DNA of 64,000 nucleotides from a virus (Duplodnaviria > Caudoviricetes), in the IMG/VR virus record IMGVR_UViG_3300027759_000043; one strand, 5' to 3'. The notes beneath the pieces are model-generated. The model was not told the origin of the DNA. It saw nothing but the letters and a program-made list of their open reading frames with translations, and searched no databases. A program made the translations under genes and the position numbers. Below, one piece after another: positions 20,355 through 29,084 of the stretch (positions within the stretch are counted from its first letter, which is position 1; each line of letters begins with the position of its first letter).

Positions 20355-20717
20355 ATGGGCGGCTCAGTTAACAATCCCAACTCAAACAATGACTTGACTG
20401 TTAGAATCTTTGACGGTTTCTACAGTTACGAACAATTTGTGAGTGCAGAAGAATATGATGTTGTGTACAGTTATCTCAAGAGCGTGTTTACAACAGATGC
20501 GGCTGCTGGCAACTTCACTGTGGCTTTGTTTAGAATTGCCGATGAAACACGCACTCCAGTATTGACAGTTTTACAAAGTATCCAAGGACAAGACTCAATC
20601 ACACTCACACAAACCTTGTGCTACTATCTCAACAGCATGCGAAGCGGTAGCACCCTGTTGGGCTTTGGTGCCACAGTCACACCCAACTACTATACCGCAA
20701 GGAATGTGTTGGCATGA
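20355..20717 (+). CDS. Hypothetical structural-module protein
   Basis: 120-aa ORF, tightly coupled to its neighbours. Confidence 0.65.
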   Translation: MGGSVNNPNSNNDLTVRIFDGFYSYEQFVSAEEYDVVYSYLKSVFTTDAAAGNFTVALFRIADETRTPVLTVLQSIQGQDSITLTQTLCYYLNSMRSGSTLLGFGATVTPNYYTARNVLA

Positions 20718-21145
20718 GTCGCTGGGCCAATGGCACTTACACACTTACTAATCCAGCCAAGTATGTGGGCAAGGGTGTGCCTAGATACAGATCCGGATGG
20801 GAGCATGCTTTTTTTAAATTCTGCGACTCAAATGATGCTGTGCTACAGTGGGCCAGTGAAAGCATAGCCATACCCTATCGTAATCCCATCACAGGCAAAC
20901 AGAGCCAATACATACCCGACATCTTGATGACCTATCGCACTAGAGGTAATCAAGTGCGAGCAGAGTTGATAGAAATCAAACCCAAAAAGCAAAGCGTGAT
21001 TGAATCCAAAATGTCAGCCCGTGACCGTGCGGTAGTAGCAATCAACTACGCCAAATGGGACGCCGCAACCAAATGGGCAAAACGAAACGGGCTCTTGTTC
21101 CGGGTGATCACTGAAGATCAAATGTTCAAGAACGGTAGCAAATAG
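20714..21145 (+). CDS. gp4: Head completion nuclease (T4 gp4-like, TnsA-N fold)
   Basis: YRSGWE..F...CD....V.QWASE...IPY, YIPD, IEIKPKKQ, NYAKW.AA. Confidence 0.85.
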   Translation: MSRWANGTYTLTNPAKYVGKGVPRYRSGWEHAFFKFCDSNDAVLQWASESIAIPYRNPITGKQSQYIPDILMTYRTRGNQVRAELIEIKPKKQSVIESKMSARDRAVVAINYAKWDAATKWAKRNGLLFRVITEDQMFKNGSK

Positions 21146-21176
21146 CCTACACCGTTGAGTTTGCGGTAAATATGGC

Positions 21177-21662
21177 ATGACCCGCAAACTAGAAGAACTT
21201 TTTGATTTACCCCCAAACGACAGCCCTGAGCCAGAGTCTGTTTCTTCTATTGAAGAAACACGCACCTACATTGCTGAAATAGACCATGCACTTGACAAGA
21301 TAGATGCGGCCCTACCGGGTGTGCGTGATCTCAGTGCCAGCGACGTTGAGATGGATGATTTGGCAGCCAAAGCAACCAAGAGTTTTGATGACCTAATGGA
21401 TTTAGGTTTTAACGTAGATTCAAGATTTGCCGCAGAAATCTTTGGCGTAGCCGGCACAATGTTGGGCCATGCACTCACAGCCAAGACAGCCAAACTGAAC
21501 AAAAAACTAAAAGTGATTGATCTACAGTTGAAAAAAGCACGACTGGATCAACAAAACCCTGACGATGCACCCACACAGACAGGCCAAGGCCATGTGCTGG
21601 ACCGCAACGAAATCTTGGAACGCTTGATTGGTGATAGAAGAACAATCGTGAAAAAAGAATAA
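21177..21662 (+). CDS. Possible terminase small subunit (gp16-like)
   Basis: 161 aa, helical acidic N-terminal half, SRFAAEIFGVAGTML followed by a coiled coil. TAAATA at 21167. Assignment is inference. Confidence 0.4.
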   Translation: MTRKLEELFDLPPNDSPEPESVSSIEETRTYIAEIDHALDKIDAALPGVRDLSASDVEMDDLAAKATKSFDDLMDLGFNVDSRFAAEIFGVAGTMLGHALTAKTAKLNKKLKVIDLQLKKARLDQQNPDDAPTQTGQGHVLDRNEILERLIGDRRTIVKKE

Positions 21663-21682
21663 ATATCATATAGGACCTTAAC

Positions 21683-22291
21683 ATGAAGACATTTCATCAA
21701 TATCTCGCAGAATCTGAGCGCACATACGACTACCGGATCAAAATCCTAGGTGACGTACCGCAGGAATTCATCAAAAATCTCGAAGAAAAAATGGCGCAGT
21801 TTGACATTGTCAAACTTAGTCGTCCTAAAACTACACCTGTGCAAAAGTTGCAAAAAGACTTTCCAGGCGCAGAAAATCAAAGCGTGACTTTTATGGACGT
21901 GAGTTTTAGATACCCTGCTATCGAACCACAGATCAAGCAGTTGGCACAGTTGTTGGGACTCAATCCCAACTTCATCACTTTGCAAACACAGTCGTATGAT
22001 GACAGCATTGCCAAAGAGATTGCTGACATCACAGCACAAAACACGGACCTGATTGCTGACACTGATTATCCCACACCTGATGCAGAACAGCGAGCATTGA
22101 GCCAAGACTACTCGGCCAATCCCTATCAACATGCAGTATTAAAGAACGAATATCGTTCAGACTTTACTGTGGCCGGCGGCAAGACACCTCCAGCAAAAAC
22201 CACAAATGATATTCCAACACAGGACAAGAGCCCGTTCAATAATATCAAGCGTCAACCCCGCCCAGCAACTGGTGCCAACCCAAGAGGATAA
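21683..22291 (+). CDS. Hypothetical protein with capsid-targeting-like N-terminus
   Basis: Starts MKTFHQYLAE, resembling the T4 internal-protein CTS MKTYQEFIAE. TAAATA at 21660, SD agga. Confidence 0.6.
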   Translation: MKTFHQYLAESERTYDYRIKILGDVPQEFIKNLEEKMAQFDIVKLSRPKTTPVQKLQKDFPGAENQSVTFMDVSFRYPAIEPQIKQLAQLLGLNPNFITLQTQSYDDSIAKEIADITAQNTDLIADTDYPTPDAEQRALSQDYSANPYQHAVLKNEYRSDFTVAGGKTPPAKTTNDIPTQDKSPFNNIKRQPRPATGANPRG

Positions 22292-22295
22292 TAAC

Positions 22296-24500
22296 ATGAC
22301 ATTTTTTTACGACTTAAACAAACGCATGGCTGAACTGAGCCAAAAACAAACTCTTGCAGAGCATGCAGTATCTGATCCTCAGCCTACTAAGAAGAGTCCA
22401 ATGACACAAGCACTCAATGAAAGCGCAGTTGCTGAAGCCAGTTATAGTGCCAAGGCTGCTCGTGCTGGTAAAGACATTGGTAAGCCAGGCAAGAACTTCA
22501 GTAAGATTGCTGCCGATGCAGGCAAGCGTTATGGTTCAAAAGCCGCAGGCGAGCGTGTGGCAGGTGCAGTATTAAACAAACTGCGTCATCCTAAAGAAGA
22601 TGTTGAAGAAAGTGCATTACAGGCTTACCTTGGCGACAAAAAGTACGGTAAAGAAGGCATGAAGGCATTGCAACAAGCAGGCCGTGAGCATGCTGGCAAA
22701 GAAAAAATGAACCAGATTCGTAATCGCTATGACAAGATGGACGAGGCCGACATGGAAGAAGGTGGCATTCCAATGACAGCCAAGCAAAAATCATTTGCTG
22801 CCTTGGCACCTCCCAAAGACAAGATTACATTTGCCGACAAGATTGCCGGCGCCAAACAAGAAGTTGAAGAAATGTTGGGTGACGTGGCAGCCGAAGCCAT
22901 CAAGAGCGCACTGAGTCCCAAGCAAAAGAAACTTGACCGTAACAACAACGGCAAATTAGATGCACAAGACTTTGAGATGCTACGTCGAGGTGCCAAACAA
23001 GAAACTGACGAAGGCTTTCCAACAGTAGCAGGTGCTCGTGCTGAATTGAACAAACGTAAAGTTGGCGATGTCACACATGGTGACAAGCATGACACACAAG
23101 AGATTCCAGGTGGCCGCAGAGTAACACGCCGTGTTGATCCCAACACAGGGTATTCAGTAGGTGCCGACAGTGACGCACCGGCCGGTGGTGAAAAGCGTGG
23201 ACGTGGCCGTCCCAAGTCCTCAGAAGGTCCACGTCAAGAACGTACCACAGCAAAATCACGCAAGACTGATCGTACTGCATACAGCAAAAAGAAAACCAAC
23301 GAAGATGATCTTGAGATCACTGATCGTGGCGAGTATGATCAAGAAGGCGAAATGGCCAAAGACAGCATCAAGACTGTGGTGCGTCATGCACAAGCCTTGG
23401 AAAAAATCCTGGGCGACAATGACAACTTGCCAGAATGGGTACAATCCAAGTTGGCCAAGATTGAAAGCATGATGACTGCTGTGGATGACTACATGCAGAA
23501 TCAAGAAGGCGACGATGAAATGGCCATGGACGAAGAAAAAACTTCTACTCGTGACAGTCGTGCTGAACGAGCCGGTCGCAAGGTAGCCAAAGACATCGAG
23601 TATGATGAAAAGAAGAAAGACGGTATCCATGGTAAAAAGCGTGGCTCTGAAGATGACCGGGCTGAACGAGCCGGCAAGAAAGTCACTAAAGACATCGAGT
23701 ATGATGAGAAAAAGAAAGAAAAGAAAGTAGATGAAACTACTACCAGTGGATCAGTTGCCACAGGTGGTGACGCTCCCAAGGCCAGCAAAGGTGGCATGCA
23801 AGTTGGCAAGGGCATTTACGACAGTTTAAATCGCCGAGTCGAAGGCATGATTGCGGAATCAATGAGTATCAACGTGAGCATGACCAAAGATGACAACGGT
23901 TCACACAAGAACATCACTGTCACAGCAGCCGATGAAGATGCAGAGGCTTTGGCACAAATGTTGCGCAGTGCTGGTCTAGGCGGTGATATGTCACACGGTC
24001 ATGAAGAGCCTTGCCCAGATTGCGGATCAACTGATTGTGGTTGCGATGAAGCAGTAGAAGAAGCCTATGGCGATACTAATGCTACACAAAATCAACCTGA
24101 TTGGCCTACTGACACTGAATACAGTGACGATGCCCTGCAATACTCAGGTGGCTTGAACAAGCCCAAGACTGACATTGCCGGTGACGGACAAACTACGATT
24201 CCTAATACTGCTGTTCACACTCAAAACGAAGATGAACTGCGCAGATTGCGTGAAATGGCTGGCATCAAGCAACAAGAACTCAAGCCATGGGAACGCACCA
24301 TGAAAGAAGCGGCAGTTGAAGAAGGTGTTGTAGACACAGTCAAAGACGTTGTGAAAAAAGGCATTGATGCGCTTAAAGGTCCTGACGATGACAAGTTGTT
24401 GTCAAAGTTAGAAAAAGAAACTGGTGGCAAGCGTCCTGAAAAGAAGGACGAGAAAATGCAAGAAAGCCTCATGCGAGAGTTTGCTAACTTCCGGATCTAA
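22296..24500 (+). CDS. Large charged protein, likely prohead core/internal head protein
   Basis: SD gagga, ATG 22296. K/E/D-rich, many hydrophobic-x-E sites, internal duplication, EF-hand-like loop and AT-hook-like motif. Confidence 0.6.
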   Translation: MTFFYDLNKRMAELSQKQTLAEHAVSDPQPTKKSPMTQALNESAVAEASYSAKAARAGKDIGKPGKNFSKIAADAGKRYGSKAAGERVAGAVLNKLRHPKEDVEESALQAYLGDKKYGKEGMKALQQAGREHAGKEKMNQIRNRYDKMDEADMEEGGIPMTAKQKSFAALAPPKDKITFADKIAGAKQEVEEMLGDVAAEAIKSALSPKQKKLDRNNNGKLDAQDFEMLRRGAKQETDEGFPTVAGARAELNKRKVGDVTHGDKHDTQEIPGGRRVTRRVDPNTGYSVGADSDAPAGGEKRGRGRPKSSEGPRQERTTAKSRKTDRTAYSKKKTNEDDLEITDRGEYDQEGEMAKDSIKTVVRHAQALEKILGDNDNLPEWVQSKLAKIESMMTAVDDYMQNQEGDDEMAMDEEKTSTRDSRAERAGRKVAKDIEYDEKKKDGIHGKKRGSEDDRAERAGKKVTKDIEYDEKKKEKKVDETTTSGSVATGGDAPKASKGGMQVGKGIYDSLNRRVEGMIAESMSINVSMTKDDNGSHKNITVTAADEDAEALAQMLRSAGLGGDMSHGHEEPCPDCGSTDCGCDEAVEEAYGDTNATQNQPDWPTDTEYSDDALQYSGGLNKPKTDIAGDGQTTIPNTAVHTQNEDELRRLREMAGIKQQELKPWERTMKEAAVEEGVVDTVKDVVKKGIDALKGPDDDKLLSKLEKETGGKRPEKKDEKMQESLMREFANFRI
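23562..23720 (+). repeat. Direct repeat pair with 99-nt period encoding RAERAG(R/K)KV(A/T)KDIEYDEKKK
   Basis: gctgaacgagccgg...aaagacatcgagtatgatga occurs at 23562 and 23661. Confidence 0.85.
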
Positions 24501-24501
24501 T

Positions 24502-24681
24502 ATGACACAACAGTATCAGACCTATGCAGAAACAATGTCCAGACTGGCGGAGAGACACCCGCCAGCACCAACACCTGCAGAGGTACGCAATCAACCTGCA
24601 ATGATACCCGGCGTGTTAAGTCAGACCACAAATCTGTTCCGCCCAGTGGCAGTGGCAGATCTCAATAAGGAATCGAAATAA
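24502..24681 (+). CDS. Small hypothetical protein (59 aa)
   Basis: ATG 1 nt after the upstream stop; its stop overlaps the next ATG. Confidence 0.5.
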   Translation: MTQQYQTYAETMSRLAERHPPAPTPAEVRNQPAMIPGVLSQTTNLFRPVAVADLNKESK

Positions 24682-25004
24682 TGGCTATTCAAGTTATCAA
24701 TGCAGTATCAAACGTGGCATGGACTACAGACAAGGTAGAAATTGCTACCACAACTGCCAACGTGACTTTTCAAGTTTCGGTTGTACAGTTGACCTATGTA
24801 CAAGCAAACGGTGTTCCGGCTAATGCCACAATGACCACACCCACCGGAAATCTATATGCCAACGTTATAGTGGTCCCTGGCAACACAGTGCAACAATACT
24901 ATGTTGGTGCAGGAAACTATTTGAACATAGTCACAGGCACTGGCTTCTCGGCCACAGCACTAGGCGCAGCCTCATCAGCCACGGCAGGTTCAAACGGCAT
25001 CTAA
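24681..25004 (+). CDS. Small beta-rich putative virion protein
   Basis: SD aagga; 107 aa, Thr/Val/Asn/Gly-rich. Confidence 0.65.
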   Translation: MAIQVINAVSNVAWTTDKVEIATTTANVTFQVSVVQLTYVQANGVPANATMTTPTGNLYANVIVVPGNTVQQYYVGAGNYLNIVTGTGFSATALGAASSATAGSNGI

Positions 25005-25005
25005 A

Positions 25006-25392
25006 ATGAGAGCCCGTGAGTTCATAACAGAAGGCGCTGGCAAGCGTGGCGGAACAAGAGCCGCTGCCGCGCATGAATTTGAAACTGCACATCCTGGCAT
25101 AGTAGGCCCTGGCGGCAAGGGAGACGTATACTGGGGCCGGTATTATGATCATTATCGTGTGGCAACATTGGCCGGCATGGACCTTGAACAATTGGAAAAC
25201 TCAGGCGATATAAATTTCTTTGGAAACTTGCCTATCTTTAGTGCCTACACTGAACACGATCGCAAGAAACTCACTGCAATTATGAAAAAACTGGGCATGA
25301 AGCCCCGAGATTCTATCAGCAATGGCAGTCATGAACCTGACTACGTAAATCACACAAGCCCAGTTACAGCATTTAAAGGTTATGCGAGATAG
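25006..25392 (+). CDS. MRAREF-family small protein, paralog 1
   Basis: MRAREFITE...YYDHYRVATLAG...TSPVTAFKGYAR. Confidence 0.8.
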   Translation: MRAREFITEGAGKRGGTRAAAAHEFETAHPGIVGPGGKGDVYWGRYYDHYRVATLAGMDLEQLENSGDINFFGNLPIFSAYTEHDRKKLTAIMKKLGMKPRDSISNGSHEPDYVNHTSPVTAFKGYAR

Positions 25393-25394
25393 CC

Positions 25395-26273
25395 ATGTGT
25401 GTAATACTTGCCAAGTACTTTGATGGTATTGGATGGGCCGGCGCTAAAAATCGCGATCGCAACTACACCCCTGTGCTAGACTTCATTGAAGACAACAGTC
25501 ACGACGTGCAACGTATGATGATGCATGACCAAGTCACAGGCTACAAAGAAGGCATCAATAATCATGGCATTAGCATACTAAACACCAGTTTGGATGTGTA
25601 TGATGATGAACGTGAAGTTGAAGCCGGCACAGCAGAAATCAGTCCTGACGGGCAAGTGATTGCCAAGGCCCTGTTACAACACACAGTACCCGATGCTGTT
25701 CAAGTGTTATTAGACGGAAAACTAGGCGGTTGTACCATTGTGTTTGACCGGGAACAACTGTATCTAATAGAAGCCAGCGACTGGGATAGCACACGTGAAT
25801 TCAAATCGATTGTGAAAAAGATCCCGAACACAGACACAGTGGCCAGAACCAATCATGGCATCTGGATGCAGGACACAGGATATCAACGCAGGCCCAACAA
25901 CCGGAGTGAAACACTCAGTAGAATTTCAAGTGAATCAAGACTTGCACTGGCCGAAGCAGTGGTGGCCACAGCCGAAGAACCTGAGGATTTGGTAGATGGC
26001 ATGTGTCAAGTGTACTTGAAGAATCCGCAACTAAATATAATGCGGACCAGCACAGAGCAAAAGAAAATGCGCACCACTAGTCAGCAGTTATGTGTTCCAG
26101 AAGAAAAGACACTGTATTGCCGTCCTGTTAGCAGTCATTTGCAATTTGATTTCTGGGGATTGAATCAACCCAACACTGATGTATGGGTAGAGATACTGAG
26201 CAACCGCGCACTGTGGCAGAATACACAAGGTGATCCTCCTTTTGGACACATGAAATTGAAAGACGTCAAATGA
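25395..26273 (+). CDS. Ntn-hydrolase-fold protein (NRDE/TANGO2- or peptidase C45-like)
   Basis: Met-Cys start, KNRDR, EGINNHGISILNT, ARTNHG. Confidence 0.6.
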   Translation: MCVILAKYFDGIGWAGAKNRDRNYTPVLDFIEDNSHDVQRMMMHDQVTGYKEGINNHGISILNTSLDVYDDEREVEAGTAEISPDGQVIAKALLQHTVPDAVQVLLDGKLGGCTIVFDREQLYLIEASDWDSTREFKSIVKKIPNTDTVARTNHGIWMQDTGYQRRPNNRSETLSRISSESRLALAEAVVATAEEPEDLVDGMCQVYLKNPQLNIMRTSTEQKKMRTTSQQLCVPEEKTLYCRPVSSHLQFDFWGLNQPNTDVWVEILSNRALWQNTQGDPPFGHMKLKDVK

Positions 26274-26668
26274 GAGCACGAGAGTTTGTAGCAGAAGCAA
26301 GATTTGGATCAGCCCAAGACGTTCCTGCTGACGCAAAGAAATTACCCAAAAGCCACGCTAGTGCCATCAAGGGTGCAGTCAGCATGCCTGATATATCAAT
26401 GACCAAACAAGGTGGTAGTCCCTACACACAATGGCGTTTTAGTCTGGCCATGGCAGGAGCACCAGATTTCCCCACACCAGCCGCTGGCGCATTTGCTGGC
26501 GACCCGCTGTTGGCAACTTACACAGACGTTGAAATGGACATCATTAATGCCGCTGCCAAGAGTGTTGGTGCCGGAAGAGTTAACAAACTAACTGACAATC
26601 GTAGTACAGAAGCAGACTATGTGCAAAAAACAAGTCCAGTAAAAGGATTCCGAGGATATCCCCGATGA
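26270..26668 (+). CDS. MRAREF-family small protein, paralog 2
   Basis: MRAREFVAE...PYTQWRFSLAMAG...TSPVKGFRGYPR; ATGA overlap with the upstream gene. Confidence 0.8.
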   Translation: MRAREFVAEARFGSAQDVPADAKKLPKSHASAIKGAVSMPDISMTKQGGSPYTQWRFSLAMAGAPDFPTPAAGAFAGDPLLATYTDVEMDIINAAAKSVGAGRVNKLTDNRSTEADYVQKTSPVKGFRGYPR

Positions 26669-27036
26669 GAGCCAGAGAATTTCTTAAAGAACACGATGGA
26701 ACCATCAGCGACAATTTCCGTTATGCCACAGTGGGACTGAACACCTTTGGTGATGGCGAGCACATCAGTGGGGATTATACATCATACAGGCTCATGATGG
26801 CCACTGCCATGGCTGACGGCACCAACAAGCCACTGGATCTTGATGCCAAGAGTTGGCACGGCAAAAGAAAAACAGCGCACCCTTACACTCAAGCGGAACA
26901 AAACATGTTGAAACAGGCCTACAAGGCAGTGGGCGCAGAGTGGCAAGATCTAAATCATGGCGACTTGGAGAGCCAAGAACCACCAGGCGGCAATGCCAAA
27001 AGCCCTATCGAACCATTTAAAGGGTATCCCAGATGA
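26665..27036 (+). CDS. MRAREF-family small protein, paralog 3
   Basis: MRAREFLKE...DYTSYRLMMATAMA...KSPIEPFKGYPR; ATGA overlap. Confidence 0.8.
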   Translation: MRAREFLKEHDGTISDNFRYATVGLNTFGDGEHISGDYTSYRLMMATAMADGTNKPLDLDAKSWHGKRKTAHPYTQAEQNMLKQAYKAVGAEWQDLNHGDLESQEPPGGNAKSPIEPFKGYPR

Positions 27037-27419
27037 GAGCACGAGAGTTTATTACAGAAGATCAAAATTTACCTCCTGAGCAAGCAGATCCCATGAGTCA
27101 TGTGTTTGTGTTGCCCGGAGTTAGATCTTCAGATCCTTACCAAATATACCGACTGGGTGTGGCCATGGCCCGAGCCCGTAGCGATGCTGGCACACAAGAT
27201 CCAATACCCTACATGCCTACCTGGAGTGCGCAAGCGGCATTTGGTGAAGAAGCAGTGATTGCTGGATTCAATGGTAATGTAGCGCCGGTGATTGATCAGG
27301 CATTGAAAATGGCTGGACTGCCAGGTGGCAAAGTACAAGTCAGTACACCAAACAGCATTGAGCCTGCCTCTGTAGACACACAAAGTCCTGTAAAAGGATT
27401 CAAAGGCTACCCAAGGTAA
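27033..27419 (+). CDS. MRAREF-family small protein, paralog 4
   Basis: MRAREFITE...PYQIYRLGVAMARA...QSPVKGFKGYPR; ATGA overlap. Confidence 0.8.
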   Translation: MRAREFITEDQNLPPEQADPMSHVFVLPGVRSSDPYQIYRLGVAMARARSDAGTQDPIPYMPTWSAQAAFGEEAVIAGFNGNVAPVIDQALKMAGLPGGKVQVSTPNSIEPASVDTQSPVKGFKGYPR

Positions 27420-27451
27420 CATAAATATTAGCCTATTTAAAAGGTATCTTT

Positions 27452-28267
27452 ATGAAACAACTCATTGCCTTGTTGGCATTGGCGGTATCCTTATCGGCTC
27501 ATGCCTGGGACCAACGAGCCCCTAATCCTGTACAAGCCTGTCAAGCGCACTCACCTTATGGATTTGCTACAGTCAAACGTGCTGTGCAACCCATCTGCCG
27601 TGAAGCATATCTAGTGGCATATGATGCTCCTGTAAAGATTCCTGCTTATGTGGCCTACACATTGCTACCGCAAAACGCATTGGGTTGCTTTCCCCGCACC
27701 AATGCTTTTGTTGCTGATCAAAGCGTCCAGGGCGGTGCTAGACCAGATGATTATGCTGGCACAGGCTATGACAAAGGACATGCCGCTCCTGATGGCGATT
27801 TATCTTGGTCAGCACAAGTGGAATACGAATCATTCCTTATGACCAATATGTATCCACAACACGGTAGTTTAAATCGTGGCATTTGGAAACTGTTGGAAAC
27901 AAGTGTGCGTGGTTGGGCAGTACAACTCAATCAACCCTACACAATTTATGTGGGTGCGTTCTACGGACCCGGTGATGAGTCAATTGGCAACGGCGTCGTT
28001 GTGCCACACGGCTTTTACAAAATTGTAATCAACAATCAAACCAAACAAATTGCTGGTTGGGCATTCCCACATACCAAACCCTATGTTAATTTAGGCAATG
28101 ACTTGACCAAGTTCCGACTGCCAGTCAGCCAAATTGAAATCACAGCAGGTGTTAAATTTGCTTACCCAGCAGGTGCTCGAGAACTACAGCCCGGACAAGA
28201 ATGGCCTGTGGACTACGGGTCTCTCACCAACGCTAAACGTGCTCGGTGTGGTCGGAATGCAGAATAA
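27452..28267 (+). CDS. DNA/RNA non-specific endonuclease (NucA/EndA-like) with signal peptide
   Basis: YDKGHAAP, MTNMYPQHGSLNRGIWKLLE, VPHGFYKIV. N-terminus MKQLIALLALAVSLSAHA. TAAATA at 27422. Confidence 0.9.
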   Translation: MKQLIALLALAVSLSAHAWDQRAPNPVQACQAHSPYGFATVKRAVQPICREAYLVAYDAPVKIPAYVAYTLLPQNALGCFPRTNAFVADQSVQGGARPDDYAGTGYDKGHAAPDGDLSWSAQVEYESFLMTNMYPQHGSLNRGIWKLLETSVRGWAVQLNQPYTIYVGAFYGPGDESIGNGVVVPHGFYKIVINNQTKQIAGWAFPHTKPYVNLGNDLTKFRLPVSQIEITAGVKFAYPAGARELQPGQEWPVDYGSLTNAKRARCGRNAE

Positions 28268-28334
28268 CCCATATCCTGTATACCCAGAGGACGATGGTCG
28301 CGATCGATTTCGTAACCCCTACAGTCCTGTATAA
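28257..28334 (+). CDS. Possible 25-aa microprotein MQNNPYPVYPEDDGRDRFRNPYSPV
   Basis: ATG overlaps the nuclease 3' end and the ORF fills the gap to the next gene. No clear SD. Confidence 0.3.
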   Translation: MQNNPYPVYPEDDGRDRFRNPYSPV

Positions 28335-28342
28335 CTAATTGA

Positions 28343-29077
28343 ATGCAACATTGCTATCATAACTATTCTGCTTATGCCAATCTATTATTGAATTGGGTAG
28401 GAACTGACCAACAACATAATCTTAGAGCAAAACTAGACCCGTCGTTTAGACCTACCTGGCTAGAATCTGGTTGGGCAGACGATAATGTGATCGAATATCA
28501 ATTCAACAGTGGTGGTTTTAGAACAGACGAGTTTGATCAATCCAAAAGAATCTTGATCTTAGGCTCAAGCCCCACAGTTGGTGTAGGGCTACATCGATCA
28601 CAAACATGGTCTGAATTGTTGAGTAAAAAAATCAATCAACCTGTTTGGAATTTGGCCACTGGTACAGGCTGTTCTGATACTATGTATAGGGTATGTAAAA
28701 ATTATATTTCGCAACTGAACATAAGCATGGTCATTGAACTTGGCGGAGAGAAAGATGCTTTTGAGATATACTTTCAAAATCATTGGCAAATAATCAACAG
28801 TCCTGAATATGATGCTATCTCGTCATTGAAAAGTTTGGTACATTCATGGTATTCAGACACGGAAAATTTAAAAATAAATCAAGAAAAAAATACCGCCGCT
28901 ATGAAATGGATTTGTCATGAAAATCAAGTGCCTTATTATAAATTTTCTTTAAGTGAAATACAAATGAAGTACTATGACATGATAGGTCAATCTGACTGCT
29001 CTCGATGTGGTCATCATGCAGGCCCAAAATTTCACACGGCGGCTGCAGATTATATTGCCGATCATATAATTTTGTAA
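28343..29077 (+). CDS. AT-rich SGNH/GDSL-hydrolase-like protein
   Basis: ILILGSSPTVG, VWNLATGTG, HHAGPKFH near the C-terminus. Confidence 0.55.
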   Translation: MQHCYHNYSAYANLLLNWVGTDQQHNLRAKLDPSFRPTWLESGWADDNVIEYQFNSGGFRTDEFDQSKRILILGSSPTVGVGLHRSQTWSELLSKKINQPVWNLATGTGCSDTMYRVCKNYISQLNISMVIELGGEKDAFEIYFQNHWQIINSPEYDAISSLKSLVHSWYSDTENLKINQEKNTAAMKWICHENQVPYYKFSLSEIQMKYYDMIGQSDCSRCGHHAGPKFHTAAADYIADHIIL

Positions 29078-29084
29078 ATACTAG

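Noticed and set aside
22206-22295. ORF-track N-terminal extensions (e.g. 22206, 18514, 12397, 39762, 45262, 46961, 48309, 54467)
   Set aside because: SD sites, promoter positions or ATGA coupling support the shorter starts used above.
22591-23815. Several 70-160 aa minus-strand ORFs opposite the charged head protein, and similar short nested ORFs elsewhere
   Set aside because: Fully nested antisense to a well-supported gene, S/F/L-biased as expected from the complement of K/E codons, and without expression signals.
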